A stretch of 64,000 nucleotides of DNA. Source: an uncultured Chitinophagaceae bacterium. Its GTDB lineage: Bacteria > Bacteroidota > Ignavibacteria > UBA10030 > UBA8401. This document shows positions 37,858 to 46,876 of this stretch, one piece after another (the stretch's first letter is position 1; the number at the start of each line of letters is the position of its first letter). Under the pieces are notes generated by a model. The model was not told the DNA's origin, did no database searches, and was given only the letters and a program-made list of their open reading frames with translations. Location: the NCBI GenBank assembly GCA_964355925.1, contig CAYHFN010000012.1, forward strand, positions 11,949 through 75,948, given 5' to 3'. A program made the translations under genes and the position numbers.

Positions 37858-39819
37858 ATGAAATACAAACATATAATTTTTATCACGATGATGTTTGGTT
37901 GTGCAACGATACTGCCGGCGCAGCTGCGCATCGATGCCCGGGAACAAAGGGTTGGTCAACCATTAGTCCAACCTGCGCTACCGATTGACCGCGCACAGAA
38001 CGTCATCAACATCAATCAGTTAGGTCAAGTAGTGACGAACATGGGGCAGTGGCATCCGTATACCGGAACATTTCCACGAGGCAGATGGCCGATTAATACA
38101 AGCCATGATCAATTATACAAGATGACTTTTGCTGTTGGCATACCGTATAGCGGAATTAACGGTGCCAATGTTGCAAATGCCCGCGGGAATGGAACAAAGG
38201 AATGGGATCCTGTGAGCGGAAATAATAATCCAGCCGTCGGTAAGATCGCTTTAAGCACGGATAAGACCACATGGCCGATCGGAACGAATGGCCAGCCGTA
38301 TTGGCCCGTTCGAACCTTTGATGGAAAAGATAGCATCGTGTCGCAGCAGGATTCCTACTGTGTCTATCGTGATAATACCAATGCACAACCGGTCAAATTG
38401 AACATTCAGGTTACGCAGACAAGTTATGCGTGGAGCACATCTAAAGATCAGGATTATATTGTCTGGAAATTGGAAATATTTAACGATACGACTGCCGCGA
38501 AAGATAGTCTGTATTTTGGATTGTATTATGATTTCGATGGTGGTGGAATCTCGAATGAATTTGATGACGATTACTATGTGTGGGATCCAATCCATCAGTT
38601 CACCTATGTTATTGATGCACCGGGGAACACTGGTTGGGAGATCGGCTCCGTACCATTTGCGTTGGGATTGCATTTTTTAGAAACACCAAAAGTGAATGCG
38701 AGCGGACACCTCGATCCGAATGGAACACGAATGGGAATAACGGACTGGCATTGGTCGGGTGTCTATAGTTCTGCCTGGGGGGATAACGTAGCTGACGATA
38801 CAATTTTCTATGGTTGGATGAGCAGCAGTGAGAGACTTAGAGTAAATACTTCACGGCCGACATTGTTTCATGGCTCTGATCGCCGGATTGATAATTGGAG
38901 GCTTCAAGATACTATTACAGGTAATCAAGCAGGTGGCGATGGTGTTGATGGTGTTGTGGCAAGCGGTCCATATCATATGGAGTCGGGTGAGAAAATGACA
39001 TTCATCTTTGCGCAAATAGCCGGACCCGGTGCGGGTCCCGGAACTCCTGATGTGTCTCGACTTTATAAAACTGTAGAGCGGGTCGATTCTGTGTATGCAC
39101 ATAATTTATCCCTCATCCCCCCTCCAAAACCAACGGTGAAGTTTACAGCATTGGACAGCAAAATAAAGTTGACATGGAGTAACGATAAAGAATTGGCATA
39201 TATAGTTCCGGCGACCGGGAAGTCGGCTGTGTTGGAATATCGTGTTTATAAAACAACCGATCCAAGTCGAAATATATGGGGCTCACCGTATGCTGTCATT
39301 CGAAGAGATACTACAAAAACGACCGTTGATCCGATCGCATACCAATGGCAGGATTCGGCAACGACCACGAACTATTTCTATTATTCCTATGCTGTCACAT
39401 CATTTGATCTTGACAGCATTGAATCCGGGAAAGCATTTCTGCCGGCAGATTCAACCAAATTTGAAAATGTCGTTGAAGCAAGGCCAGTGAATTCGCCAAG
39501 AACATCACTCAATGATATTAAGGTTGTTCCTAATCCCTATGTCATCTCCGCTACGTGGGAACGAAAACGATTGGGAGATCCAAAACTGGGTGAACCGATC
39601 AGGGATCTTGCGTTTACAAATCTTCCGGCACAATGCACGATCAGTATTTATACGCTCGATGGAAATTTGGTAAAGACGATAGAACATTCCAATGGAGTAG
39701 GTACGGAGTTTTGGGACTTACGCACATTTTCAAATCAACTCGTCGCAACCGGAATTTATTTCTATCATGTGAAATCATCGATTGGGGAAAGAGTCAGCAA
39801 ATTTGCAGTTGTTCGATAA
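37858..39819 (+). CDS. secreted protein of unknown function with T9SS-CTD/FlgD-Ig-like C-terminus
   Basis: The signal sequence is MKYKHIIFITMMFGCATILPAQ. I recognised no family for the roughly 550-aa body. The C-terminus is VVPNPYVI...CTISIYTLDGNLVKTIEH...FWDLR......TGIYFYHVKS. Confidence 0.5.
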   Translation: MKYKHIIFITMMFGCATILPAQLRIDAREQRVGQPLVQPALPIDRAQNVININQLGQVVTNMGQWHPYTGTFPRGRWPINTSHDQLYKMTFAVGIPYSGINGANVANARGNGTKEWDPVSGNNNPAVGKIALSTDKTTWPIGTNGQPYWPVRTFDGKDSIVSQQDSYCVYRDNTNAQPVKLNIQVTQTSYAWSTSKDQDYIVWKLEIFNDTTAAKDSLYFGLYYDFDGGGISNEFDDDYYVWDPIHQFTYVIDAPGNTGWEIGSVPFALGLHFLETPKVNASGHLDPNGTRMGITDWHWSGVYSSAWGDNVADDTIFYGWMSSSERLRVNTSRPTLFHGSDRRIDNWRLQDTITGNQAGGDGVDGVVASGPYHMESGEKMTFIFAQIAGPGAGPGTPDVSRLYKTVERVDSVYAHNLSLIPPPKPTVKFTALDSKIKLTWSNDKELAYIVPATGKSAVLEYRVYKTTDPSRNIWGSPYAVIRRDTTKTTVDPIAYQWQDSATTTNYFYYSYAVTSFDLDSIESGKAFLPADSTKFENVVEARPVNSPRTSLNDIKVVPNPYVISATWERKRLGDPKLGEPIRDLAFTNLPAQCTISIYTLDGNLVKTIEHSNGVGTEFWDLRTFSNQLVATGIYFYHVKSSIGERVSKFAVVR

Positions 39820-39838
39820 GAACGAAAAGGGAAATATT

Positions 39839-40855
39839 ATGAAGACACTACTGAAGAGATCTATCACAGTGACGGCGCTGTTTGCATGCATCTGCGCAGT
39901 CTCCTTTGCACAAGGATTCAGCAATGTTGGATTCGCTGGTGCCAATTTCTTGAAAATACCCGCTGAACCGGTTGGTGCAGCGCTTGGAAATTCCATTGTT
40001 GCCTCTGCCACCGGTATCCAGGGATTGTTCTGGAATCCGGGTGCTATTGCAAGCACAGAAGGTACGGAGATTCTCTTTTCCCGGATGAATTGGATCAGTG
40101 ATACTCGTATTTCATATCTCGGGGTTGCACAACGTCTTGGTCCCGGCACAATCGGTCTCAGTATGACAGCACTGACGATGGATGAGATGGAGATCACAAC
40201 AGAAACACAGCCGAACGGGACCGGAACATATTTCAATGCCGGCAGTTATGCAGCCGGACTCTCGTATGGATTGAAGATTATCGACCGGTTTAGTTTTGGT
40301 GCAACAGTAAAATATATCTACGAATATATCTGGGATACACACGGCTCCACGTATGCATTCGATCTAGGTTCTATCTACGTCACGAATTTTTATAATATGA
40401 GGATTGGAATGAGGCTGGCGAATTTCGGTGGTGATGTCACATTCACCGGAGCGCCGATCGATAAAAAACCGGCAACAATCGCACAGTCAGGAATTTCCTA
40501 TTCGTACGATCCTCGTCTTGAACGTGTCTCCAAGGAATATCCGCTGCCGCAGTTCTTCAACGCCGGTATCTCCATCGATCCTCTGACGATGGAAGGACAT
40601 AAATTGACATTAACGGTCGCTGTCACCGATCCGAATGACAACAATACACAAATGCAATTCGGTGGAGAATATGTCTTGCAGGATATGTTCATATTGCGCG
40701 CTGGATACAAATCAGGTTATGATGAACAAGATCTTAGTATGGGGCTCGGCGTTAATGTGAATGTGAGTGGAATTACCACCGGCATCGATTTTGGGTACAG
40801 TACGTTTGGTCAACTAGGCAGCGTGAGCGCGCTCAGTCTGCGGATAGGGTTGTAG
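39839..40855 (+). CDS. PorV/PorQ-family (FadL-like) outer-membrane beta-barrel protein
   Basis: I chose the start at MKTLLKRSITVTALFACICAVSFAQ. GFAGANFLKIPAEPVGAALGNS.VA.A.G..GLFWNPGAIA is the characteristic PorV/PorQ N-terminal segment. The barrel pattern continues to the end of the protein. Confidence 0.65.
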   Translation: MKTLLKRSITVTALFACICAVSFAQGFSNVGFAGANFLKIPAEPVGAALGNSIVASATGIQGLFWNPGAIASTEGTEILFSRMNWISDTRISYLGVAQRLGPGTIGLSMTALTMDEMEITTETQPNGTGTYFNAGSYAAGLSYGLKIIDRFSFGATVKYIYEYIWDTHGSTYAFDLGSIYVTNFYNMRIGMRLANFGGDVTFTGAPIDKKPATIAQSGISYSYDPRLERVSKEYPLPQFFNAGISIDPLTMEGHKLTLTVAVTDPNDNNTQMQFGGEYVLQDMFILRAGYKSGYDEQDLSMGLGVNVNVSGITTGIDFGYSTFGQLGSVSALSLRIGL

Positions 40856-40945
40856 TGTTCATTCAACCGATTTTTGTAAAATAGTTTTTATCAATTAATC
40901 ATTGCAGTATTCATTATTTAATCCATTCACTTAAGGGAGGGTACA

Positions 40946-42844
40946 ATGAAATCTCGTTCACTTTTTTGGTTCACCGTACTATGCAGTATGGTTCTTATAC
41001 TAACTACGGGAGTCTTTGCACAAAATATTACAGGGACAAAGATAATCGGTACAGGAGGTGATTATGCAACACTGGCAGCAGCCATTACTGCTTTGAACAC
41101 CAACCATGCTTCCGGTGCAGTAACGTTTCTGATCAATGGTGATTTGACCGAAACTGGCGGTCTCGAGATCACCGATACCGCACTGGTCGGCGGAAACAGT
41201 CTCGTCATTAAACCGAATACGGGGAAGACACCTGCGGTGACCTTCACGACGGTTGCCACTTCCGGAAACAAAGGAAACGCAGGCTTCACGATTACCGGTA
41301 ATTCTATAAGTATGGGAAGTGTCGGTAATGTTACGATCGACGGTTCGAACACTGCAAACGGAACAACTCAGGATATGACATTTGCGATGGGTGATACAAC
41401 GAATGGACGCTACGTTATCCGATTGAGCGGAAATACCGATAATGTTATGATTAAGAATCTCAAAATTCCGGGAACAGGTGTGAAGTCAGCCCTAGCATCC
41501 GGATCCAGAACGTATGGTATCAACTGTTTGGCAATGGCTTCCGGTGCGGCAGACAATTTGACGATTTCCAATTGTGTGATAGGATCGAGTGCTGCTGCGT
41601 GCTATTATGGTTTGTATAAACCGGACGGTGGCACGGTTCCGGCAGGTAAAGGATTAGTAATATCCAAGAATACGATATTTGCACAACATAAGGGTATGAA
41701 TATCTGGTATGCTGAAGGTACAACCAACATTAATAACAATACAATTTCCATTATCGGTTCTCAGAAAGGATATGTTCAAAATTCTGTAAATGCGATCTAT
41801 ATTGAAGCGTGGTCAGGAATATGTAATATATTCAATAACAACCTTATCACTTTGAAGGCTAGTGCCTTTGGTCAAACGGCCCTTAGACCGCTCTATGGAA
41901 TTCTTCTCTATAATCCCTCTGGCGAAGCACCTGCTGGTCAAACTGCAAACGTGTATAATAATTTTATCAGCGATTTCTATTATATTGGGGATGCGACCAC
42001 GTATCCATCTGAAATCAATGGGATAGCAATTGATGCCTATGGACAAACCGTGAATGTTTTTTTTAATACTATCTATATGAATAAAACAAATATAACATCC
42101 AACCCGGTCTATGGCATTCGCATCTATGATGATTCCCTTCAAACAGCAAATCTGAAAAACAATATTATTGTCAACACTGTAGATTTTGATAGTGCCTATG
42201 CAATTTATCGTGGTACGAATGCAACAAACAGTACGTTTACCTCGGATTATAATGACCTTGTTGTTACCGGTGCAAATGCAAATATTGGGAATCATAACGG
42301 CGTGAAGAGTAAAACACTTGCAAATTGGCAGACAGCATCGGGTAAGGATGCCAACAGTAAAAGTGTCAATCCTGCAAATCCGTTTGGAGGAGCAGGTCAA
42401 TTAAAAAGCGTTACAGATTTGCATTGGGTCTCTGCTGCATCCAATGTTTTTGCCGGTACGCCGATCGTTGGTTATACAACGGATATCGATGGTGATACCC
42501 GAAATGCGACAAAACCATATATGGGTGCTGATGAAGCCGGAACAATGACGATCGTTGGCCAAGGACAATCAGTGTCACCATTTGAATATTCGCTTGGACA
42601 AAATTATCCTAATCCGTTTAATCCATCAACGGAGATTTCTTTCCAACTCAAAACAAATGCATTTACTTCCGTGCGCGTGTATGATGCTCTTGGACGGGAA
42701 GTCTCAACAATGGTGAATGAATATCTGTTGGCGGGTTCACACACTGTGAAGTTCTCTGCTCATAATCATGCAAGCGGAGTGTATCTGTATCGTTTGATCT
42801 CCGGATCGTTCAGCGAAACCAAACGAATGATTCTAGTAAAATAA
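40946..42844 (+). CDS. secreted right-handed beta-helix (pectin-lyase-fold-like) protein with T9SS C-terminal domain
   Basis: It has a signal peptide and repetitive N/G/T/I-rich turns (NVTIDGSN, VMIKNLKI, LTISNCVI, NNNTISI, NIFNNNLI, NVYNNFIS, LKNNIIV). The C-terminus is QNYPNPFNPSTEISF...VYDALGREV...GVYLYRL. Confidence 0.6.
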   Translation: MKSRSLFWFTVLCSMVLILTTGVFAQNITGTKIIGTGGDYATLAAAITALNTNHASGAVTFLINGDLTETGGLEITDTALVGGNSLVIKPNTGKTPAVTFTTVATSGNKGNAGFTITGNSISMGSVGNVTIDGSNTANGTTQDMTFAMGDTTNGRYVIRLSGNTDNVMIKNLKIPGTGVKSALASGSRTYGINCLAMASGAADNLTISNCVIGSSAAACYYGLYKPDGGTVPAGKGLVISKNTIFAQHKGMNIWYAEGTTNINNNTISIIGSQKGYVQNSVNAIYIEAWSGICNIFNNNLITLKASAFGQTALRPLYGILLYNPSGEAPAGQTANVYNNFISDFYYIGDATTYPSEINGIAIDAYGQTVNVFFNTIYMNKTNITSNPVYGIRIYDDSLQTANLKNNIIVNTVDFDSAYAIYRGTNATNSTFTSDYNDLVVTGANANIGNHNGVKSKTLANWQTASGKDANSKSVNPANPFGGAGQLKSVTDLHWVSAASNVFAGTPIVGYTTDIDGDTRNATKPYMGADEAGTMTIVGQGQSVSPFEYSLGQNYPNPFNPSTEISFQLKTNAFTSVRVYDALGREVSTMVNEYLLAGSHTVKFSAHNHASGVYLYRLISGSFSETKRMILVK

Positions 42845-42847
42845 ATT

Positions 42848-43738
42848 GTGGAAAGAACTATGACATCATCGAACATCGGAAAGCAAAGCGATTTTGACCT
42901 GAATAAGTTGATACAGGAAAAGTATCCTTTGCTTTCCGAGCAGCAACGCAAAGTTGCAGATTTTCTTCTTCAAAATTTGCGTGATGTTCCATTCTATTCT
43001 GTTGTTGAACTGGGAAAAAAATGCGGGGCGAGTAAAGCAACTGTTGTTCGCCTCGCGCAGGAACTGGGGCTTTCAGGATTTCAGGAATTACGGTCAAAAC
43101 TGCTGGAAGGAGTTCAATCCGAGATACGAATGAAAGACAAATTCTCATTGATCCATAAATCGGATCATAAAGAAGCTCTTACTATGGTCGCACAGCAGGA
43201 TGTAAAGAACATCAATCAAACGATCAATCACCTCGATAAAAAGGTTTTCCATGAGGTGTGTGATACGATCTTGAAGGCATCTCATGTTTATACCGTTGGA
43301 TTGGGTATTTCCTATTTGATGTCCCAGATCCTTGCATACTCACTCAATCAGGCGGCGGTCCGTTCGACACCGCTTGTGCATGACTACAAAACCTTTGTTG
43401 AGCAGATAAAATTTCTGACAACGAAAGATGTACTGATCGCATTATCGTTTCCGCCGTATTCCAAGGAGACCATCGATGCGGTAAAATATGCATCGCAGAA
43501 AAAGATACCGGTCATTGCCATTACCGATAAATTGACGTCACCAATCACTTTTTATTCGTACAAGGTAATTCCGGTGCGAAGTCAGAATTTGAACTTTACA
43601 AACTCATTTTCAGCGATCTCGGTGATCATCAATGCAATTGCCACCGAGCTTTCAATGTGCAACGAAAAAAAGGCTTTGCAGAATCTCGAAGAGATCAATT
43701 CAAAACTTGAAGAAACAGGGCATTATAATGTTGAATGA
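42848..43738 (+). CDS. MurR/RpiR-family transcriptional regulator (HTH_6 + SIS domain)
   Basis: LSEQQRKVADFLLQN......SV.ELGKKCGASKATVVRLAQELG.SGF.ELR is the HTH region, followed by a SIS domain. The start could instead be the internal Met at 42860. Confidence 0.8.
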   Translation: MERTMTSSNIGKQSDFDLNKLIQEKYPLLSEQQRKVADFLLQNLRDVPFYSVVELGKKCGASKATVVRLAQELGLSGFQELRSKLLEGVQSEIRMKDKFSLIHKSDHKEALTMVAQQDVKNINQTINHLDKKVFHEVCDTILKASHVYTVGLGISYLMSQILAYSLNQAAVRSTPLVHDYKTFVEQIKFLTTKDVLIALSFPPYSKETIDAVKYASQKKIPVIAITDKLTSPITFYSYKVIPVRSQNLNFTNSFSAISVIINAIATELSMCNEKKALQNLEEINSKLEETGHYNVE

Positions 43739-43781
43739 ATTCAGGTTCTTTAACTACACATTGCATTGAGGATAATATTAA

Positions 43782-45806
43782 ATGAAGAACAATGTGCTCT
43801 CTCGATGGATTAAAGTATTGTTTTCAATCATACTTCCGATTGTGAGTGCAGCGCAAGGTTCAGTATTGCTTGTAGGTGGAGGGAGTGAAAATTACAACGA
43901 TTGGTCCGACGTACCGTACCGGTGGATGGTCGACCACGTGCCGAACAAAAAAATTCTTGTGATGCATTACTCCAGCGGGTCGACTTGGTTGGAAGGATAT
44001 TTTAAATCGCTCGGTGCAGTTTCAGCTACAAGTTTTGTCGTTGCTTCTACCTCAGCCGCAAATGACTCCGCTGCTTATAAAACAATTCTTGCAGCAGACG
44101 GAATATTTCTGCGCGGAGGCGATCAATATCAGTATATCAGCAGATGGAAAGGGACGCTGACCGAAAAAGCGATTCGAGAAGTATATCAACGCGGCGGGGT
44201 GATCGGCGGATCGAGTGCTGGTGAAGCGGTACTAAGCCAGGTTATTTTTGATGCTCGTGTTGCTTCCACTGATCCTCGTAACGCACTCCGGAATCCTCTT
44301 TCATCAGGAATCACATTTACAGAAGATTTTCTTGGTTTTGCTTCCGGTATACTTGCAGACACTCATTTTTATGAACGGGGAAGACTGGGTCGATTGCTTG
44401 CAATGATTGCTGTCTATAAATCGCAGACCGGAAAAGAGATCACCGGAGTCGGCGTTGACTATAACACAGCGTTGGCAATTTCGTCTGATGGTGTTGGAGA
44501 AGTGATGGGTTCGGGAACGGTTACGATTCTCCGTTTCTCACCAGCCACGCAATATGTTTTGGAGCCAGGTAAACCATTATCAATGTCAAATGTTCGGCTT
44601 GATCAATTGACGAAAGGATTCAAGTTCAACATATTGACCGGAAATATTTTAGTTCCGGCAACGGCAGTGTCATTCCAACCCAAAAGTGTAAATACATCAG
44701 CACAATCTATAATGCTTGATGGAAGCGGTCGAATCGCAGATTGGTTCTCTGTCTCCGGAAGTTTGAAAAAATTGGTGGCCCTGGTTCCAAATTCAACGGA
44801 CACTATTGGTATTTTCGCTTCGCCCGTTTCGGCATCGATCGCCTCGAGCATTGACTCATGTTTGAAACACTGGAATGTACCATCTCGATTTTTGTGGATC
44901 GATGAAGCTCGAAAGAATGATCCCGCGCTGTCGGTTAATATTGAAGGTTGCGCAGCATTTGTCTTAGCCGGTAATAATGGCGACAGTATTTCGCGATTGC
45001 TCAATGCTTCAACAACGGCAGGAATTTCTCTTTTCTCAAAATTTTCAAACGGCAAACCCGCGCTCTTCCTCGGCAATGATGGGATTGTAGCGTCGGAAAA
45101 CGGAGTGGGACAGATTGAAAAGAATATTTACGGCGCATATTATGGATACATGACACTCATTCAAGGAATTGGAACTCTCCAGGGAATTTCTGTCATCCCC
45201 CGATTATATGAAAATTCCGATTACATCGACAATAGGGCGAGCGGACTTTTTTGGGGATTGGGAAAATCACACAATACTTTTGGTATTTTACTTGATGCCG
45301 GTTCATATGTTTCTGTGACAAATAAAAACATGCAGGTGTTTGGTCCAACACCGGCAATGATCATCGATGCCCGAGCAGTGCGTATCGTGGATTTTCCAAC
45401 ATGGAAAGATCCGGGCAAAGCAAATCCGCGACAGAATGTGGCGCTGATCGGAGCGATGATCCATGTGCTGCGCGAGACGGAGGTGTTTGATCTAAGCTAT
45501 CTATCGGAAGTGAGGATCGATAAAATGAAAAACGATATTCCGAATGAATTCTCGTTATCACAAAATTATCCTAATCCATTTAACCCGACGACGAATTTTA
45601 TGTTTTCACTGCCTCAGCGCGGCGTTGTCACGGTAAGAATATTCGATATTCTTGGAAAAGAGATATTGACTCTGCTGAACCAGGAAAAAGCAGCGGGAAA
45701 GTATCGAATGACATTTGATGGGTCGCAGTTTGCGTCCGGAGTCTATCTTTATCGATTGCAGACCGGAAGTACCATCAACACAAAGAGGATGGTGTTGTTG
45801 AAATGA
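43782..45806 (+). CDS. T9SS-sorted cyanophycinase-like S51 peptidase with a second, degenerate S51-like domain
   Basis: It has a signal peptide. Domain 1 has LLVGGGS, GIFLRGGDQYQY, GGSSAGEAVLS and DTHFYERGRLGRL (R-x-R-x2-R kept). Domain 2 has the parallel segments IMLDGSG, AFVLAGNNGDSI, LFLGNDGIVAS (no Ser-Ala-Gly nucleophile) and IPRLYENSDYIDNR. The C-terminus is QNYPNPFNPTTNFMF...IFDILGKEI...GVYLYRL. Confidence 0.7.
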   Translation: MKNNVLSRWIKVLFSIILPIVSAAQGSVLLVGGGSENYNDWSDVPYRWMVDHVPNKKILVMHYSSGSTWLEGYFKSLGAVSATSFVVASTSAANDSAAYKTILAADGIFLRGGDQYQYISRWKGTLTEKAIREVYQRGGVIGGSSAGEAVLSQVIFDARVASTDPRNALRNPLSSGITFTEDFLGFASGILADTHFYERGRLGRLLAMIAVYKSQTGKEITGVGVDYNTALAISSDGVGEVMGSGTVTILRFSPATQYVLEPGKPLSMSNVRLDQLTKGFKFNILTGNILVPATAVSFQPKSVNTSAQSIMLDGSGRIADWFSVSGSLKKLVALVPNSTDTIGIFASPVSASIASSIDSCLKHWNVPSRFLWIDEARKNDPALSVNIEGCAAFVLAGNNGDSISRLLNASTTAGISLFSKFSNGKPALFLGNDGIVASENGVGQIEKNIYGAYYGYMTLIQGIGTLQGISVIPRLYENSDYIDNRASGLFWGLGKSHNTFGILLDAGSYVSVTNKNMQVFGPTPAMIIDARAVRIVDFPTWKDPGKANPRQNVALIGAMIHVLRETEVFDLSYLSEVRIDKMKNDIPNEFSLSQNYPNPFNPTTNFMFSLPQRGVVTVRIFDILGKEILTLLNQEKAAGKYRMTFDGSQFASGVYLYRLQTGSTINTKRMVLLK

Positions 45807-45841
45807 TGCCATTCAAGATAAACTCATCTTATGAATACCAC

Positions 45842-45875
45842 AATGATCCAAAGAAACTTTTTGGATCATTTTTTT
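45842..45875 (+). terminator. rho-independent terminator closing the S51/T9SS gene set
   Basis: aatgatccaaa-gaaactt-tttggatcatt forms an 11-bp stem, followed by a T-run. Confidence 0.6.
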
Positions 45876-45883
45876 GAGATATC

Positions 45884-45896
45884 ATTCTCAGAGAAT
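45884..45896. promoter_or_regulatory. palindromic candidate operator upstream of the carbamoyltransferase operon
   Basis: attctc-a-gagaat is a perfect 6-bp-arm palindrome about 60 nt upstream of the GTG start at 45954. The regulator is unknown. Confidence 0.2.
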
Positions 45897-45953
45897 TGTC
45901 ACTATATTTTAATAACTAATTATTCCACCTTCTTATAAAAAAGGAACCGCACC

Positions 45954-46871
45954 GTGAAATCCCATGATTTTTTGACTATTCGTGATCTCAATAAAGAAGA
46001 AATGCACGAAACATTTACAATCGCACGAGACATGAAAACTGATCGCAGCAAATACGCAGAAGCATTGAAAGGTAAAACGCTTGCTCTCATTTTCGAAAAG
46101 CCGTCGTTAAGAACCCGCACCTCGTTCGATGTTGGAATCCAGCAATTAGGTGGATTCTCACTCTACTTATCTCCTGCCGAAATCAGTCTTGGCAAACGGG
46201 AATCCATCCACGATGTAGCAAAAAATCTGGAACGGATGGTACAGGGTATCATGATCAGGACGTTCGCACATCAGATCGTGATCGATATGGCAAAATATGC
46301 CTCCATTCCTGTCATCAATGGATTGACCGATTATTCACATCCATGTCAAGCAATGGCAGATTTTCTAACGATCCTTGAAAAGAAAAAGAAACTTGAAGGA
46401 TTAAAACTTTCGTATGTAGGTGATGGCAATAATGTTGCTCACTCATTGATGTTTGCCGGTGCTCGACTCGGTGTGAATGTAACGATTGTCTGTCCTCCGG
46501 ATTTCAAACCAAATGCCACAGCATTGCAACAATCGGTGGAAGATGCAAAAGCAACCGGTGCAGTGATCGAAGTGGTGCATGATCCGGCTATAGGAGTGAA
46601 AAATGCTGATGTGGTGTACACCGATACGTGGGCATCGATGGGACAGGAAAGTGAAGCTGAAGCACGGAAAAAAATATTTGCACCGTATCAGGTGAACAAG
46701 AAACTGATGTCCTATGCAAAAACCGATGTACTCTTTATGCATTGTCTGCCTGCGCATCGTAATGAAGAAGTGACCGATGAAGTCATTGATTCACCTCAGT
46801 CTGTTGTCTTCGATGAAGCGGAAAACCGACTTCATGTGCAAAAAGCAATCATGTATCAGTTAATGAAATAA
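45954..46871 (+). CDS. argF: ornithine carbamoyltransferase
   Basis: GTG start after aaggaa. Motifs are FEKPSLRTRTSF, HPCQ, DGNNV, DTWASMG and HCLPA. Whether it acts catabolically (arcB) or anabolically (argF) cannot be told from the sequence. Confidence 0.9.
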   Translation: MKSHDFLTIRDLNKEEMHETFTIARDMKTDRSKYAEALKGKTLALIFEKPSLRTRTSFDVGIQQLGGFSLYLSPAEISLGKRESIHDVAKNLERMVQGIMIRTFAHQIVIDMAKYASIPVINGLTDYSHPCQAMADFLTILEKKKKLEGLKLSYVGDGNNVAHSLMFAGARLGVNVTIVCPPDFKPNATALQQSVEDAKATGAVIEVVHDPAIGVKNADVVYTDTWASMGQESEAEARKKIFAPYQVNKKLMSYAKTDVLFMHCLPAHRNEEVTDEVIDSPQSVVFDEAENRLHVQKAIMYQLMK

Positions 46872-46876
46872 TCAGT

